Assembly (NCBI GenBank): GCA_964455535.1
Contig: CAYVWS010000001.1
Location: 1-45,486 of the forward strand
DNA length: 45,486 bases
DNA from: an uncultured Ignavibacteriales bacterium
Lineage (GTDB): Bacteria > Zixibacteria > MSB-5A5 > GN15 > FEB-12
Direction: 5' to 3'
The position numbers were made by a program, and so were the translations under genes. This document shows positions 18,178 to 26,236 of the stretch, piece after piece (the first letter of the stretch is position 1; every line of letters starts with the position of its first letter). The notes under the pieces are model-generated. The model was given only the letters and a program-made list of their open reading frames with translations. It was not told the origin of the DNA and did no database searches.

Positions 18178-18224
18178 GAACCAATTGCCTGCCGAAAAAC
18201 ATCGCACGCAAAGGAAATGAAGAT

Positions 18225-20036
18225 ATGACTGCAGACTTGTATGAGCCCGAGCCGGGAGCCCGGGACGACAACAGAATAACCAATCGGGAAGCATTCGCCG
18301 CGTTGCGTCCGCTCTTGCGCCGTCACGCCGGCGGGCTGGCGTTCTGCCTTGGATTGCTGGCTGTTGCGACCGGACTGTCGCTGTATTGGCCGGTGCTTTT
18401 GCGCCAGGCGCTCGATGTCGACATCGCCAACAAGGACACCTTCGGCTTGTTGTGGACAGTCGGCTATATCGCGGCGATCCAACTCGTCACGCTGGTCTTC
18501 CAGTTGATACAGCGAGTGAAGCTTGAAGTCATCGGCCAGGAAGTCATGGTCGACCTCAAGCGCCGCTTGTTTGAGCATCTTTTGTCGCTGGACATTTCGT
18601 TCTTCGACAAGAACCCGGTCGGGCGACTGCTCTCGCGCGTGGAATCCGACACCGAATCACTTCGCATGCTGTTTACCAATGCGGCGGTGCTGATCGTCGG
18701 CGACCTGCTGTTGATCGTGGGCATCTTCGCGCTCATGTTCCACTACAGTTGGCAGTTGGCTTCGGTGCTGCTGTGTTTCGTGCCGGTAGTGCTGTCGTGC
18801 GTTTACTTCTTCCAGAAGATCACCACCCCGCGCTTTTTCGCGGTGCGCAAGAAGATGGCCGAAGTGACGGCGACTCTGACCGAAATGCTCCACGGCATGT
18901 CGATCATCCAGATCTTCCATCGCGGGGCCTATGCCCGCGCCCGGTTGAATGCGGCCAATAAGTCGAAATTCAAAGACGAGTTCTTTGTACATTCCGGCTT
19001 CGTGCTCTTTTTCAACCTAATGAGCTTCCTGCAGTATGCCGCGATGGCGATTGTATTGTTGTTCGGCGCGATATGGAAAGACTCGGGTGTGATCACGGTC
19101 GGAACTATCAGCATGTTCGTCGTGCTCATCTGGCGGTCGTTCGATCCGATCTACCGCACTTCGGAGCAACTGTCGGTGATCCAGAAAGGTTTGGCTGGCG
19201 CGCGTCGAATTGTCGGAATTCTGGGCGAGCGATCGGCTATTCCTGATCCGGCGACGCCTCTTCCGATACCGGCGCTGTCGTCGTCGATTCGATTCGAGAA
19301 CGTCTGGTTTTCGTACGGCGACGACGATCACTGGGTGCTGCGCGATGTCTCATTTGAAATCGCAGTGGGTCAGCGCGTGGCGCTGGTCGGTGTCACCGGC
19401 GGCGGCAAATCGACGATCATCACGCTGCTATTGCGGATGTACGATCCCCAAAAGGGCCGTATTCTAATCGACGGCGTCGATATTCGGTCATTCGCCAAGG
19501 CCGACCTGCGGCGGAAATTCGCGCTCGTGCTGCAGGATATTATCCTGTTCCCCGGCACGGTAGCGGAGAACATTTCGCTTGAAGACGAAGCGGTCAACGC
19601 TGACCGCATCAGGCAGGCCGGTGCCACGGTCGAAGCCGATCGCTTCATCGCTCGCTTGCCGCAACAATACGGCACCGTGGTGTCGGAAAAGGGCAGCAAT
19701 TTCAGTCGCGGTGAACGGCAACTGCTCTCGTTTGCGCGGGCGCTGGTCGTTGATCCCGAAGTGCTGCTGCTTGATGAAGCAACCAGCTCGGTCGATCCGG
19801 AAACCGAGCGCACGATTCAGGCGTCGCTCAAGAAGCTGATGTCGAATCGGACCTCATTGATTGTGGCGCACCGGCTGTCGACCATTCTCGATGTCGACCA
19901 GATTCTGGTCATACGCCGCGGCGAGATTATCGAGCGCGGCACCCATACGGAGCTGATTTTGAACAAAGAAGGGTACTACTCGAAACTCTTCCACTTGCAG
20001 TTCAAGAGCGGCTCAGGAGCAACTAACTATGCGTGA
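18225..20036 (+). CDS. ABC exporter, fused permease/ATPase subunit 1 (type I exporter fold, MdlA/BmrC-like)
   Basis: Six-TM N-terminal half. Walker A GVTGGGKST, Walker B LLLDEAT, H-loop VAHR. The signature is deviant: NFSRGERQ (FSRGE at 19701..19715). AAGGAAA RBS. Confidence 0.9.
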   Translation: MTADLYEPEPGARDDNRITNREAFAALRPLLRRHAGGLAFCLGLLAVATGLSLYWPVLLRQALDVDIANKDTFGLLWTVGYIAAIQLVTLVFQLIQRVKLEVIGQEVMVDLKRRLFEHLLSLDISFFDKNPVGRLLSRVESDTESLRMLFTNAAVLIVGDLLLIVGIFALMFHYSWQLASVLLCFVPVVLSCVYFFQKITTPRFFAVRKKMAEVTATLTEMLHGMSIIQIFHRGAYARARLNAANKSKFKDEFFVHSGFVLFFNLMSFLQYAAMAIVLLFGAIWKDSGVITVGTISMFVVLIWRSFDPIYRTSEQLSVIQKGLAGARRIVGILGERSAIPDPATPLPIPALSSSIRFENVWFSYGDDDHWVLRDVSFEIAVGQRVALVGVTGGGKSTIITLLLRMYDPQKGRILIDGVDIRSFAKADLRRKFALVLQDIILFPGTVAENISLEDEAVNADRIRQAGATVEADRFIARLPQQYGTVVSEKGSNFSRGERQLLSFARALVVDPEVLLLDEATSSVDPETERTIQASLKKLMSNRTSLIVAHRLSTILDVDQILVIRRGEIIERGTHTELILNKEGYYSKLFHLQFKSGSGATNYA

Positions 20037-21855
20037 TAAGATACGTTGGTTTTGGAAATACTATCGCAATTACAAATACGTGCTGGCGGTCCTGATCTTG
20101 TTGACACCGCTGCAAGTCAGTTTTCAGGTTTTTCTGCCGCGGCTGATCGAATTCGCTGTTGACTATGTCAAGACCGGCACGGTCAATCCGCATCCAGTCG
20201 CGCAGTGGCTGGTGGCAACAGGAAATGGTATTGGCTGGTCAACAGCTGTCACGCTTCCGGTGGCGGTGGTCGTGCTCGGCCTGATCGCGGCTTCGCTGTA
20301 CATCATCGTACAGGGACATCGTACCTGGATGAACATGAAACTCGAATGGGTCTTCAGGCAGGCGGCGTTTGATGGCGTAACGCTCAAAGGTCCGGACTTC
20401 TTCAACAAGTTCCGCACCGGCGATTTGGTCACGCGCATGACCGACGACGTTGCCGAAAAGCTCTCGTGGTTTGCCTGCTCGGGAATCTTTCGTTTCTACG
20501 AGGCCCTATTGATGGTCGCCTTTGCGGTGACAATGATGGTGAGCATCAATCCGAAACTTGCGCTCTACAGCGCCGGGCCACTGCCGATTCTGATTCTGAT
20601 CTTTTTCAAGACGTCGTCGCTTCTTGATAAGCGGTACGATGCGTTGCAGAAAAAGATCTCGCACTTCACCGATGTGATGGAGGCCTGCTTCTCAGGCATC
20701 AGAGTCGTGAAAGCATATGTTCGAGAGAAAGCACAGTCGGCGAAAGTCGATCAGGCATTAAGCGAAAGACGTCAGGCCGAAATTGACGCCATCAAAGCAA
20801 ATGTGCGGGTCGAGTCGATGTACTTTTACATCTGGCAGATCGGCATCATCATTGTCACACTCGCGGGCGGTTTGATGGCAATTGGCGGCAATTTGTCGGT
20901 CGGCGAATTGGTGGCGTTTGTGTACTATGTCGTCTATCTGGTCTTCCCGATGTTCGACATCGGCCAGTTCCTGGTCAAGTCACGCCAGTCGGCGGTCTCG
21001 ATTGATCGTCTGGTGGAACTCGAACGCGTCGCACCTATGGTAGCCGACGGCGGCTCCCGTGCGGGTAATGGAAACCTCCATGGCGCGCTGGCGTTTGAGC
21101 ATGTGCAGTTCAAATTTGACGACTCCGATCGGCAGATACTCGATGACATATCGTTCAATGTCAATCCGGGCCAAAAGATCGCGCTGGTCGGCAAAGTCGG
21201 ATCGGGAAAAACGTGGCTGATTAACCTGGTTCCGCGGCTGGTGGATCCAACCGGCGGTTCGATCAAGCTCGACGGTCACGATCTGCGCATGTACAAGCTC
21301 GAAGACCTGCGGGCAAGTATCGGCTACGTTCCGCAGGAGCCGGTCTTGTTCAGCGACACAGTGCGAAACAATATCCTGTTCGGGCGTGAGTCGATATCCG
21401 ACACCGTGCTCGAGTGGGCTATCGAAGTCGCGCAGCTCAAGGACGAGATCGCTACATTCCCGAATGGTCTCGATACCGCTATCGGTACGCGTGGGATGTC
21501 GATTTCCGGCGGACAGAAACAGCGTCTGGCGCTGGCGCGCGCGCTGGTCGGGAAACCGAAAGTGCTGATCTTAGATGACTGCACCTCGGCCCTCGATGCC
21601 CGCACAGAGGCGCGTTTGTGGGAGCGACTGCATGAAGTCATGCCCGATATGACGGCGATTCTAATCACACATCGCCCCGATACGCTCGAGCGGGTTGACA
21701 TGATCTATGTGTTGGATCAGGGCAAAGTGATTGAGTCGGGACGTCATTATGATCTGATGGCGCTCGGCGGTCATTATGCCCGCGTCTACAAGCGATATCA
21801 GTTGGCTGAAGAAGTGGGTGATGAGAACGCCGAGAAACGAGAGACCGAGAGTTGA
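20029..21855 (+). CDS. ABC exporter, fused permease/ATPase subunit 2 (MdlB/BmrD-like)
   Basis: Overlaps subunit 1 by 8 nt. Walker A GKVGSGKT and canonical signature ISGGQKQ. Walker B is LILDD, with Asp replacing the catalytic Glu (21577..21579). Confidence 0.9.
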   Translation: MRDKIRWFWKYYRNYKYVLAVLILLTPLQVSFQVFLPRLIEFAVDYVKTGTVNPHPVAQWLVATGNGIGWSTAVTLPVAVVVLGLIAASLYIIVQGHRTWMNMKLEWVFRQAAFDGVTLKGPDFFNKFRTGDLVTRMTDDVAEKLSWFACSGIFRFYEALLMVAFAVTMMVSINPKLALYSAGPLPILILIFFKTSSLLDKRYDALQKKISHFTDVMEACFSGIRVVKAYVREKAQSAKVDQALSERRQAEIDAIKANVRVESMYFYIWQIGIIIVTLAGGLMAIGGNLSVGELVAFVYYVVYLVFPMFDIGQFLVKSRQSAVSIDRLVELERVAPMVADGGSRAGNGNLHGALAFEHVQFKFDDSDRQILDDISFNVNPGQKIALVGKVGSGKTWLINLVPRLVDPTGGSIKLDGHDLRMYKLEDLRASIGYVPQEPVLFSDTVRNNILFGRESISDTVLEWAIEVAQLKDEIATFPNGLDTAIGTRGMSISGGQKQRLALARALVGKPKVLILDDCTSALDARTEARLWERLHEVMPDMTAILITHRPDTLERVDMIYVLDQGKVIESGRHYDLMALGGHYARVYKRYQLAEEVGDENAEKRETES

Positions 21856-21865
21856 TTTGTTGTAA

Positions 21866-21897
21866 GGTGGGTCCGTCCTCGGACCCGCCTTTTTTTC
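21866..21897 (+). terminator. Rho-independent terminator after the ABC pair
   Basis: GGTGGGTCCG-TCCT-CGGACCCGCC followed by T7. It lies between the convergent ABC and phoU genes; an A-run on the other side is absent, so it is mainly a plus-strand terminator. Confidence 0.8.
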
Positions 21898-21938
21898 GGG
21901 AATTCGACGAGGCGGCTTCAAAGACGAGGCCGCCCTAC

Positions 21939-22625
21939 TTATCTCAAAATGCTGTCGATTGTCGCCTGAGCGCGGAAGGGGTGGCGCACGATCTCGCCTT
22001 CGATCATGTAGGTCACATCTTCGGCGATATTGGTCGCATGGTCGGCAATACGCTCCAGATAACGCGAAACGGACAGGAAGAGAATGAAGGTGTCGATATT
22101 TTCGGGATGAGCCATGATGCCGTCGCGAATCGCCTGATACATGTTGCGGTGAATCTGGTCGACTTCATCGTCGGATTTGCGTACCGCCGAAGCTTCGCTT
22201 ACATCGGCGTGCATGAGCGAGTCGAGACTTCGTTTGAGCATCGCTTTGACAAGTGCGGCCATACCGTCGAGATCGAACGGCACGGCTACCTGCGGAAGTT
22301 TGGCGTAGGCAATCGCCCGCTCGGCCAGATTGACGGCCAGATCGCCGATCCGTTCGAGGTCGTTGTTGATTTTGAGAAGCGCGACGATAAACCGCAAGTC
22401 AACCGCCACCGGCTGATGCAGCGCCAGAACTTTCAGGCACTGTTCTTCGATTTCGACTTCCTGCTGATCGATTTCGTGGTCGGCTTCGATCACCGTGTTG
22501 GCCAGTCGGGCGTCGCGCGTGGCTACCGCTCGCACCGCCATGTGCACCGATTCTTCGACTATCGCCGACAGCCGCAGCACGCTTTGTTTGAGCTTGTCTA
22601 TTTCAACTTCCAAATGTCGTGACAT
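21939..22625 (-). CDS. phoU: Phosphate transport system regulator PhoU
   Basis: Two PhoU repeats (EADHEIDQQEVEIEEQCLKVLALHQPVAVDLR...; DDEVDQIHRNMYQ...ERIADHATNIAEDV). Confidence 0.95.
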   Translation of the reverse strand: MSRHLEVEIDKLKQSVLRLSAIVEESVHMAVRAVATRDARLANTVIEADHEIDQQEVEIEEQCLKVLALHQPVAVDLRFIVALLKINNDLERIGDLAVNLAERAIAYAKLPQVAVPFDLDGMAALVKAMLKRSLDSLMHADVSEASAVRKSDDEVDQIHRNMYQAIRDGIMAHPENIDTFILFLSVSRYLERIADHATNIAEDVTYMIEGEIVRHPFRAQATIDSILR

Positions 22626-22643
22626 GAATCAAACTCCCTGTGA

Positions 22644-23486
22644 TCATCCGAATCGACCGGTGACATAGTCCTCGGTCCGCTTTTCTGTCGGCTTGGTGAA
22701 CATCTGTTTGGTAGCGCCGTATTCGACCAGCACGCCTTCGTAGAAGAAGGCGGTGTAGTCCGACACACGGGCGGCCTGCTGCATATTGTGCGTGACGATT
22801 ACAATCGTGTACTGCTGGCGCAGTACGGCGATGAGATCTTCGATTTTCGAAGTCGAGATCGGATCGAGGGCCGAAGCCGGTTCGTCCATGAGAATCACTT
22901 CGGGGCGAACCGCCAGCGCGCGGGCGATACAGAGTCGCTGTTGTTGACCGCCGGAGAGCATATATGCGCTGACATCGAGTTTGTCTTTGACTTCATCCCA
23001 GAGATAGGCGCGCTTGAGACTGTCTTCGACGGCTTCCTGCACAATCAGCTTGTTGGTCACGCCGTTGACCCGCAGACCGTAGGCGACATTATCGAAAATC
23101 GATTTCGGGAAGGGATTCGATTTCTGGAAGACCATGCCGACTTTGGTGCGCAAACTTGAAACATCCTTGATGTCTTTGTAAATCTCAGTGCTTTCGAGTT
23201 TAACCGATCCGGTGTGGCGGGTGCCGGGGATGGTGTCATTCATTCGGTTGAGCGTTCGTAAGAAAGTCGATTTACCGCAGCCCGACGGTCCGATAAGCGA
23301 AGTTACTTTGTTTCGCAAAATCTCGATCGAGATCTCAAAGAGCACCTGATGATCGCCGTAGTAGAAGTTGAGTCCGGCGACGGCCATCTTGGGCGCGCCG
23401 GTCGGCGAGTGATCGCCGCGCGCGACACTGTCCAGGCGGGGCGTCACAATATCTGCTTCCGTCATTTGTTTTTCAGGTCCGGACAC
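22644..23486 (-). CDS. pstB: Phosphate ABC transporter ATP-binding protein
   Basis: [11 protein letters not shown]..., [49 protein letters not shown] start at 23486 overlaps pstA; ATG at 23465 is an alternative. Confidence 0.95.
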   Translation of the reverse strand: MSGPEKQMTEADIVTPRLDSVARGDHSPTGAPKMAVAGLNFYYGDHQVLFEISIEILRNKVTSLIGPSGCGKSTFLRTLNRMNDTIPGTRHTGSVKLESTEIYKDIKDVSSLRTKVGMVFQKSNPFPKSIFDNVAYGLRVNGVTNKLIVQEAVEDSLKRAYLWDEVKDKLDVSAYMLSGGQQQRLCIARALAVRPEVILMDEPASALDPISTSKIEDLIAVLRQQYTIVIVTHNMQQAARVSDYTAFFYEGVLVEYGATKQMFTKPTEKRTEDYVTGRFG

Positions 23487-24432
23487 GACTCCTCCTCATA
23501 TGAGAGCGAATCAGAATGGCCACGAAATTCAGCAGGAACGTCAGCACCAGAAGCACGAGCACCGTGCCGTACAGAATCGGACGGGTCGCCTCGACATCGG
23601 GCGACTGAGTGGCCATGATATAGACATGATATCCCAGTTCCATGAACTGGTCGGTCAATTTGCTTGGCAAATACGGCAGGTAGTAGGCCGCGCCGGTAAA
23701 TAGTATGGGCGCGACTTCACCCGCGCCGCGACTAACCGCGAGTATCCCGCCGGTCAATATGCCGGGGATCGCCTGCGGCAGGACAACTTTCCAAATCGTC
23801 TGGAGTTTTGTCGCGCCGAGGGCATAGCTGGCTTCGCGAATTTCGCGCGGAATAGTCCGCAGCGCTTCTTCGGTGGAAATGATCACGACCGGCAGGGTGA
23901 GAAGTGAAAGGGTCAGCGCCGCCCAGATGATCGCGGGCTGTCCCCACACCGGTCCCGCGGTGCCGTAGAAAAGCTTGTCAATATTTTGCCCGACAAATCC
24001 CACGAAGAACCCCAGGCCGAATAATCCGAAGACAATCGATGGCACACCCGCCAGATTGGCAATCGCCACCCGAATCAACCGTGCGATTTTCGACTCCGGT
24101 CGGGTGTATTCGTGCAGATAGATGGCAGTGAACACACCAACCGGCACTACAGCAATGGTCATCAGGATCACGAGCGCGACCGTACCAAAAATCGGCGGCC
24201 AGATGCCGCCCTCGGTCATCCCCTGTTCGGGAGCTTTGCTTAAGAAGTCCCAGGAAATGATACCGTATCCGCCAATGACGATGTCACCCAAAATGATCAT
24301 CAGGACCGCAATAATGATTGCGGCGGCGGCGAATGTCAGCCCGCGAGGTATCGCGCCCGATGATTTCTTGCCCAGGGTAAACGGCGCTTTGGTCTGCTCT
24401 CGCGACGCCTGAGTCAGCAGACGAGGGCTCAT
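23473..24432 (-). CDS. pstA: Phosphate ABC transporter permease PstA
   Basis: Polytopic. [36 protein letters not shown] is the PstA-type EAA region. 4-nt overlap with pstC. Confidence 0.9.
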   Translation of the reverse strand: MSPRLLTQASREQTKAPFTLGKKSSGAIPRGLTFAAAAIIIAVLMIILGDIVIGGYGIISWDFLSKAPEQGMTEGGIWPPIFGTVALVILMTIAVVPVGVFTAIYLHEYTRPESKIARLIRVAIANLAGVPSIVFGLFGLGFFVGFVGQNIDKLFYGTAGPVWGQPAIIWAALTLSLLTLPVVIISTEEALRTIPREIREASYALGATKLQTIWKVVLPQAIPGILTGGILAVSRGAGEVAPILFTGAAYYLPYLPSKLTDQFMELGYHVYIMATQSPDVEATRPILYGTVLVLLVLTFLLNFVAILIRSHMRRSRVRT

Positions 24433-25388
24433 CGTGTCCTCCCCTGCAGACGCTCACGCAAGCGCTCCATCACCATATGCGATGACAGATTCACTAGGAA
24501 TGTAAATATGAAGAGTAGAACGCCGATGAAAAAGAGAACCGAGTAGTGTGTGTCGCCGAAGACTACTTCGCCAAGTTCGGCTGCAATGGTGGCCGAAAAG
24601 GTTCGGATCGGCTCGCTGAAGTTCATCGAAATGATCGCGGCGTTCCCCGAAGCCATCAGCACAATCATGGTCTCCCCGATAGCCCGCCCGAATCCGAGCA
24701 CCATACTGGCAAAAATTCCGGGTAGTGCCGCGGGTAGCACCACGGTGAACGATACCTGCCATCGATTGGCGCCGACCGCCAACGCGGCGTCGCGAAGGGA
24801 CTGCGGCACCGACACCATAGCATCTTCGGTGACCGTGAAAATAATCGGGATAATCGCGATACCGAGCGCGATACCGGCGGTGATTGCATTTAGGCGAAAG
24901 TCAAATCCGAAGGTTGTCTGGACAAACGACGCCAGCACAATGAGCGCAAAGAATCCGAGCACGACCGATGGAATACCCGCCAATAATTCTATGGTTGGTT
25001 TGATAATCTCTCGCATTCGACGGCTGGAAAATTCGGAGGAATACATTGCCGCCCCAACCCCCAGAGGGGCGGCAAACAGCATCGCTACGATTGCCGCTTT
25101 GAGCGTTCCCAAAAAGAGCGGCCACAGCGAAAACTTTGGATTATCCGAGTTCGGCTGCCACGACCACTTAGCCGGCTTGCCCTGAACAAACTCCTGCTTG
25201 AGAATCATCTTGCCCAAGCTGGCGTGTTCTTGCTGCTGAGGGTCGGAGAAGAGCGGAAGTGTCTCTTTGAAGATGAAAATGAAAATGAGCAGGATTCCGA
25301 CCAGCGCCACCCAGGCGTTGATCGCCAGAAACTTCTCGCCCAAAAACTCGCGTATTTTGGACTTTGGCTTGAACTTAAGTTCTTGCAT
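24429..25388 (-). CDS. pstC: Phosphate ABC transporter permease PstC
   Basis: Polytopic. VVLPAALPGIFASMVLGFGRAIGETMIVLMASGN is the PstC-type EAA region. It is the first gene of a pstC-pstA-pstB-phoU run. Confidence 0.9.
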   Translation of the reverse strand: MQELKFKPKSKIREFLGEKFLAINAWVALVGILLIFIFIFKETLPLFSDPQQQEHASLGKMILKQEFVQGKPAKWSWQPNSDNPKFSLWPLFLGTLKAAIVAMLFAAPLGVGAAMYSSEFSSRRMREIIKPTIELLAGIPSVVLGFFALIVLASFVQTTFGFDFRLNAITAGIALGIAIIPIIFTVTEDAMVSVPQSLRDAALAVGANRWQVSFTVVLPAALPGIFASMVLGFGRAIGETMIVLMASGNAAIISMNFSEPIRTFSATIAAELGEVVFGDTHYSVLFFIGVLLFIFTFLVNLSSHMVMERLRERLQGRTR

Positions 25389-25434
25389 TCACGGGTCTTC
25401 CCTGCTTCACACCGCTATTAAGGAACCGCCTTCG

Positions 25435-25473
25435 TGTTAGGGAATTGTTAGGGGTTGGTGAGTGTTGTGTGTC
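25435..25473 (-). promoter_or_regulatory. Candidate Pho box: four 11-bp-phased hexamers upstream of pstC
   Basis: Minus-strand reading: GACACA (25473..25468), CTCACC (25462..25457), CTAACA (25451..25446), CTAACA (25440..25435), each start 11 nt apart. The last repeat ends 46 nt before the pstC ATG, followed by an AT-rich -10-like TTAATA and GGGAAGA. Confidence 0.45.
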
Positions 25474-25874
25474 ATGTGTGGCGAGGCCATTGGGGCTCCT
25501 TTTTTGGGTTTGGTGTGCGAGGGAATGGGTTCGGTATTGGGTTCTGATGGGTTCGCGAGTGATCCCCTTGAACTCTCCTAACTTGAACTGCGCGTTGGCG
25601 TTGTATGTTTCGGGCGCCTTCATGAATTGGGTTCGTTTGGTCAGAAAACAATTTTTCGGAATTTGGTACTTCTACGAGTGCGGGGCACGGCTCGACGATC
25701 TGGTAAGCGACGTTTTTCATACTACAATACTCTGATGCCAATGCTTGTTGGTGCAATTTTGTAGTGATTCTGTGGCCTGCTGGTGGCGCTCGGTAATTTT
25801 ACATCGCTTGCCCCCGATTCGTCTTATTGGTAGACTACGATGTCCATTGATTGGGTTGGTTGGGAGGATTCAAG

Positions 25875-26231
25875 GTGAAGCGGACAGTCCTAATTGTCTC
25901 GTTGTCAATTCTGATGTTGGGGGCGATGTGTCGCCCAAATGCTTCAAAGTCCGCTTTCTACGGGTCTATTTCTGGAAAAGTCTGGGATACGCACTTCAAC
26001 GAGCCGTTGGTATGTGTGTCCGTGAGTGTGGTAGGCACGAGATTAGGCGCCTTGACCGATCAACACGGCAACTACCTAATAACAAAATTGAGACAGGGAA
26101 CTTACGTAATCAGGTTCATTGTGATAGGATATGATTCAAAGCAAGTTGACAATGTGGTGGTGGTAGCTAATCAGAATACTGTGATCAATTGTAATCTGGA
26201 ACAAACGCCAAACGACGATATGTTACAGTAA
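25875..26231 (+). CDS. Small stand-alone CarboxypepD_reg-like domain protein (possibly an N-terminal remnant of a TonB-dependent receptor)
   Basis: GTG 25875, 6 nt after GGGAGGA. Signal-like VKRTVLIVSLSILMLGAMC. GSISGKVWDTHFNEPLVCVSVSVVGTRLGALTDQHGNYLITKLRQGTYVIRFIVIGYDSKQVDNVVVVANQNTVINCNLE is the typical carboxypeptidase-regulatory-like fold pattern. The 3' half is visibly AT-richer than its surroundings. Confidence 0.7.
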   Translation: MKRTVLIVSLSILMLGAMCRPNASKSAFYGSISGKVWDTHFNEPLVCVSVSVVGTRLGALTDQHGNYLITKLRQGTYVIRFIVIGYDSKQVDNVVVVANQNTVINCNLEQTPNDDMLQ

Positions 26232-26236
26232 CAGTT

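Noticed and set aside
17825-18283. N-terminal 153 codons of the 946-aa ORF-track entry for the TolC-like gene; they would overlap the ABC exporter start.
   Set aside because: The segment is Cys-rich and low in complexity, with no domain, and it runs through the divergent intergenic region. A textbook signal peptide starts at ATG 17824, so I treat the extension as an open frame, not as coding sequence.
25505-25554. Short direct repeats, considered as a possible CRISPR array or tandem-repeat locus.
   Set aside because: The units are only 7 nt with 10-21 nt spacing, there are no 25-40 nt repeats, and there are no cas genes. They are treated as a possible operator array instead.
25375-25756. Two minus-strand ORFs (82 and 94 aa) upstream of pstC, considered as a possible decayed pstS.
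   Set aside because: Their translations (Pro/Thr/Gln/Asn/His-rich) bear no resemblance to PstS. They are read-through of the C/A-rich repeat region.
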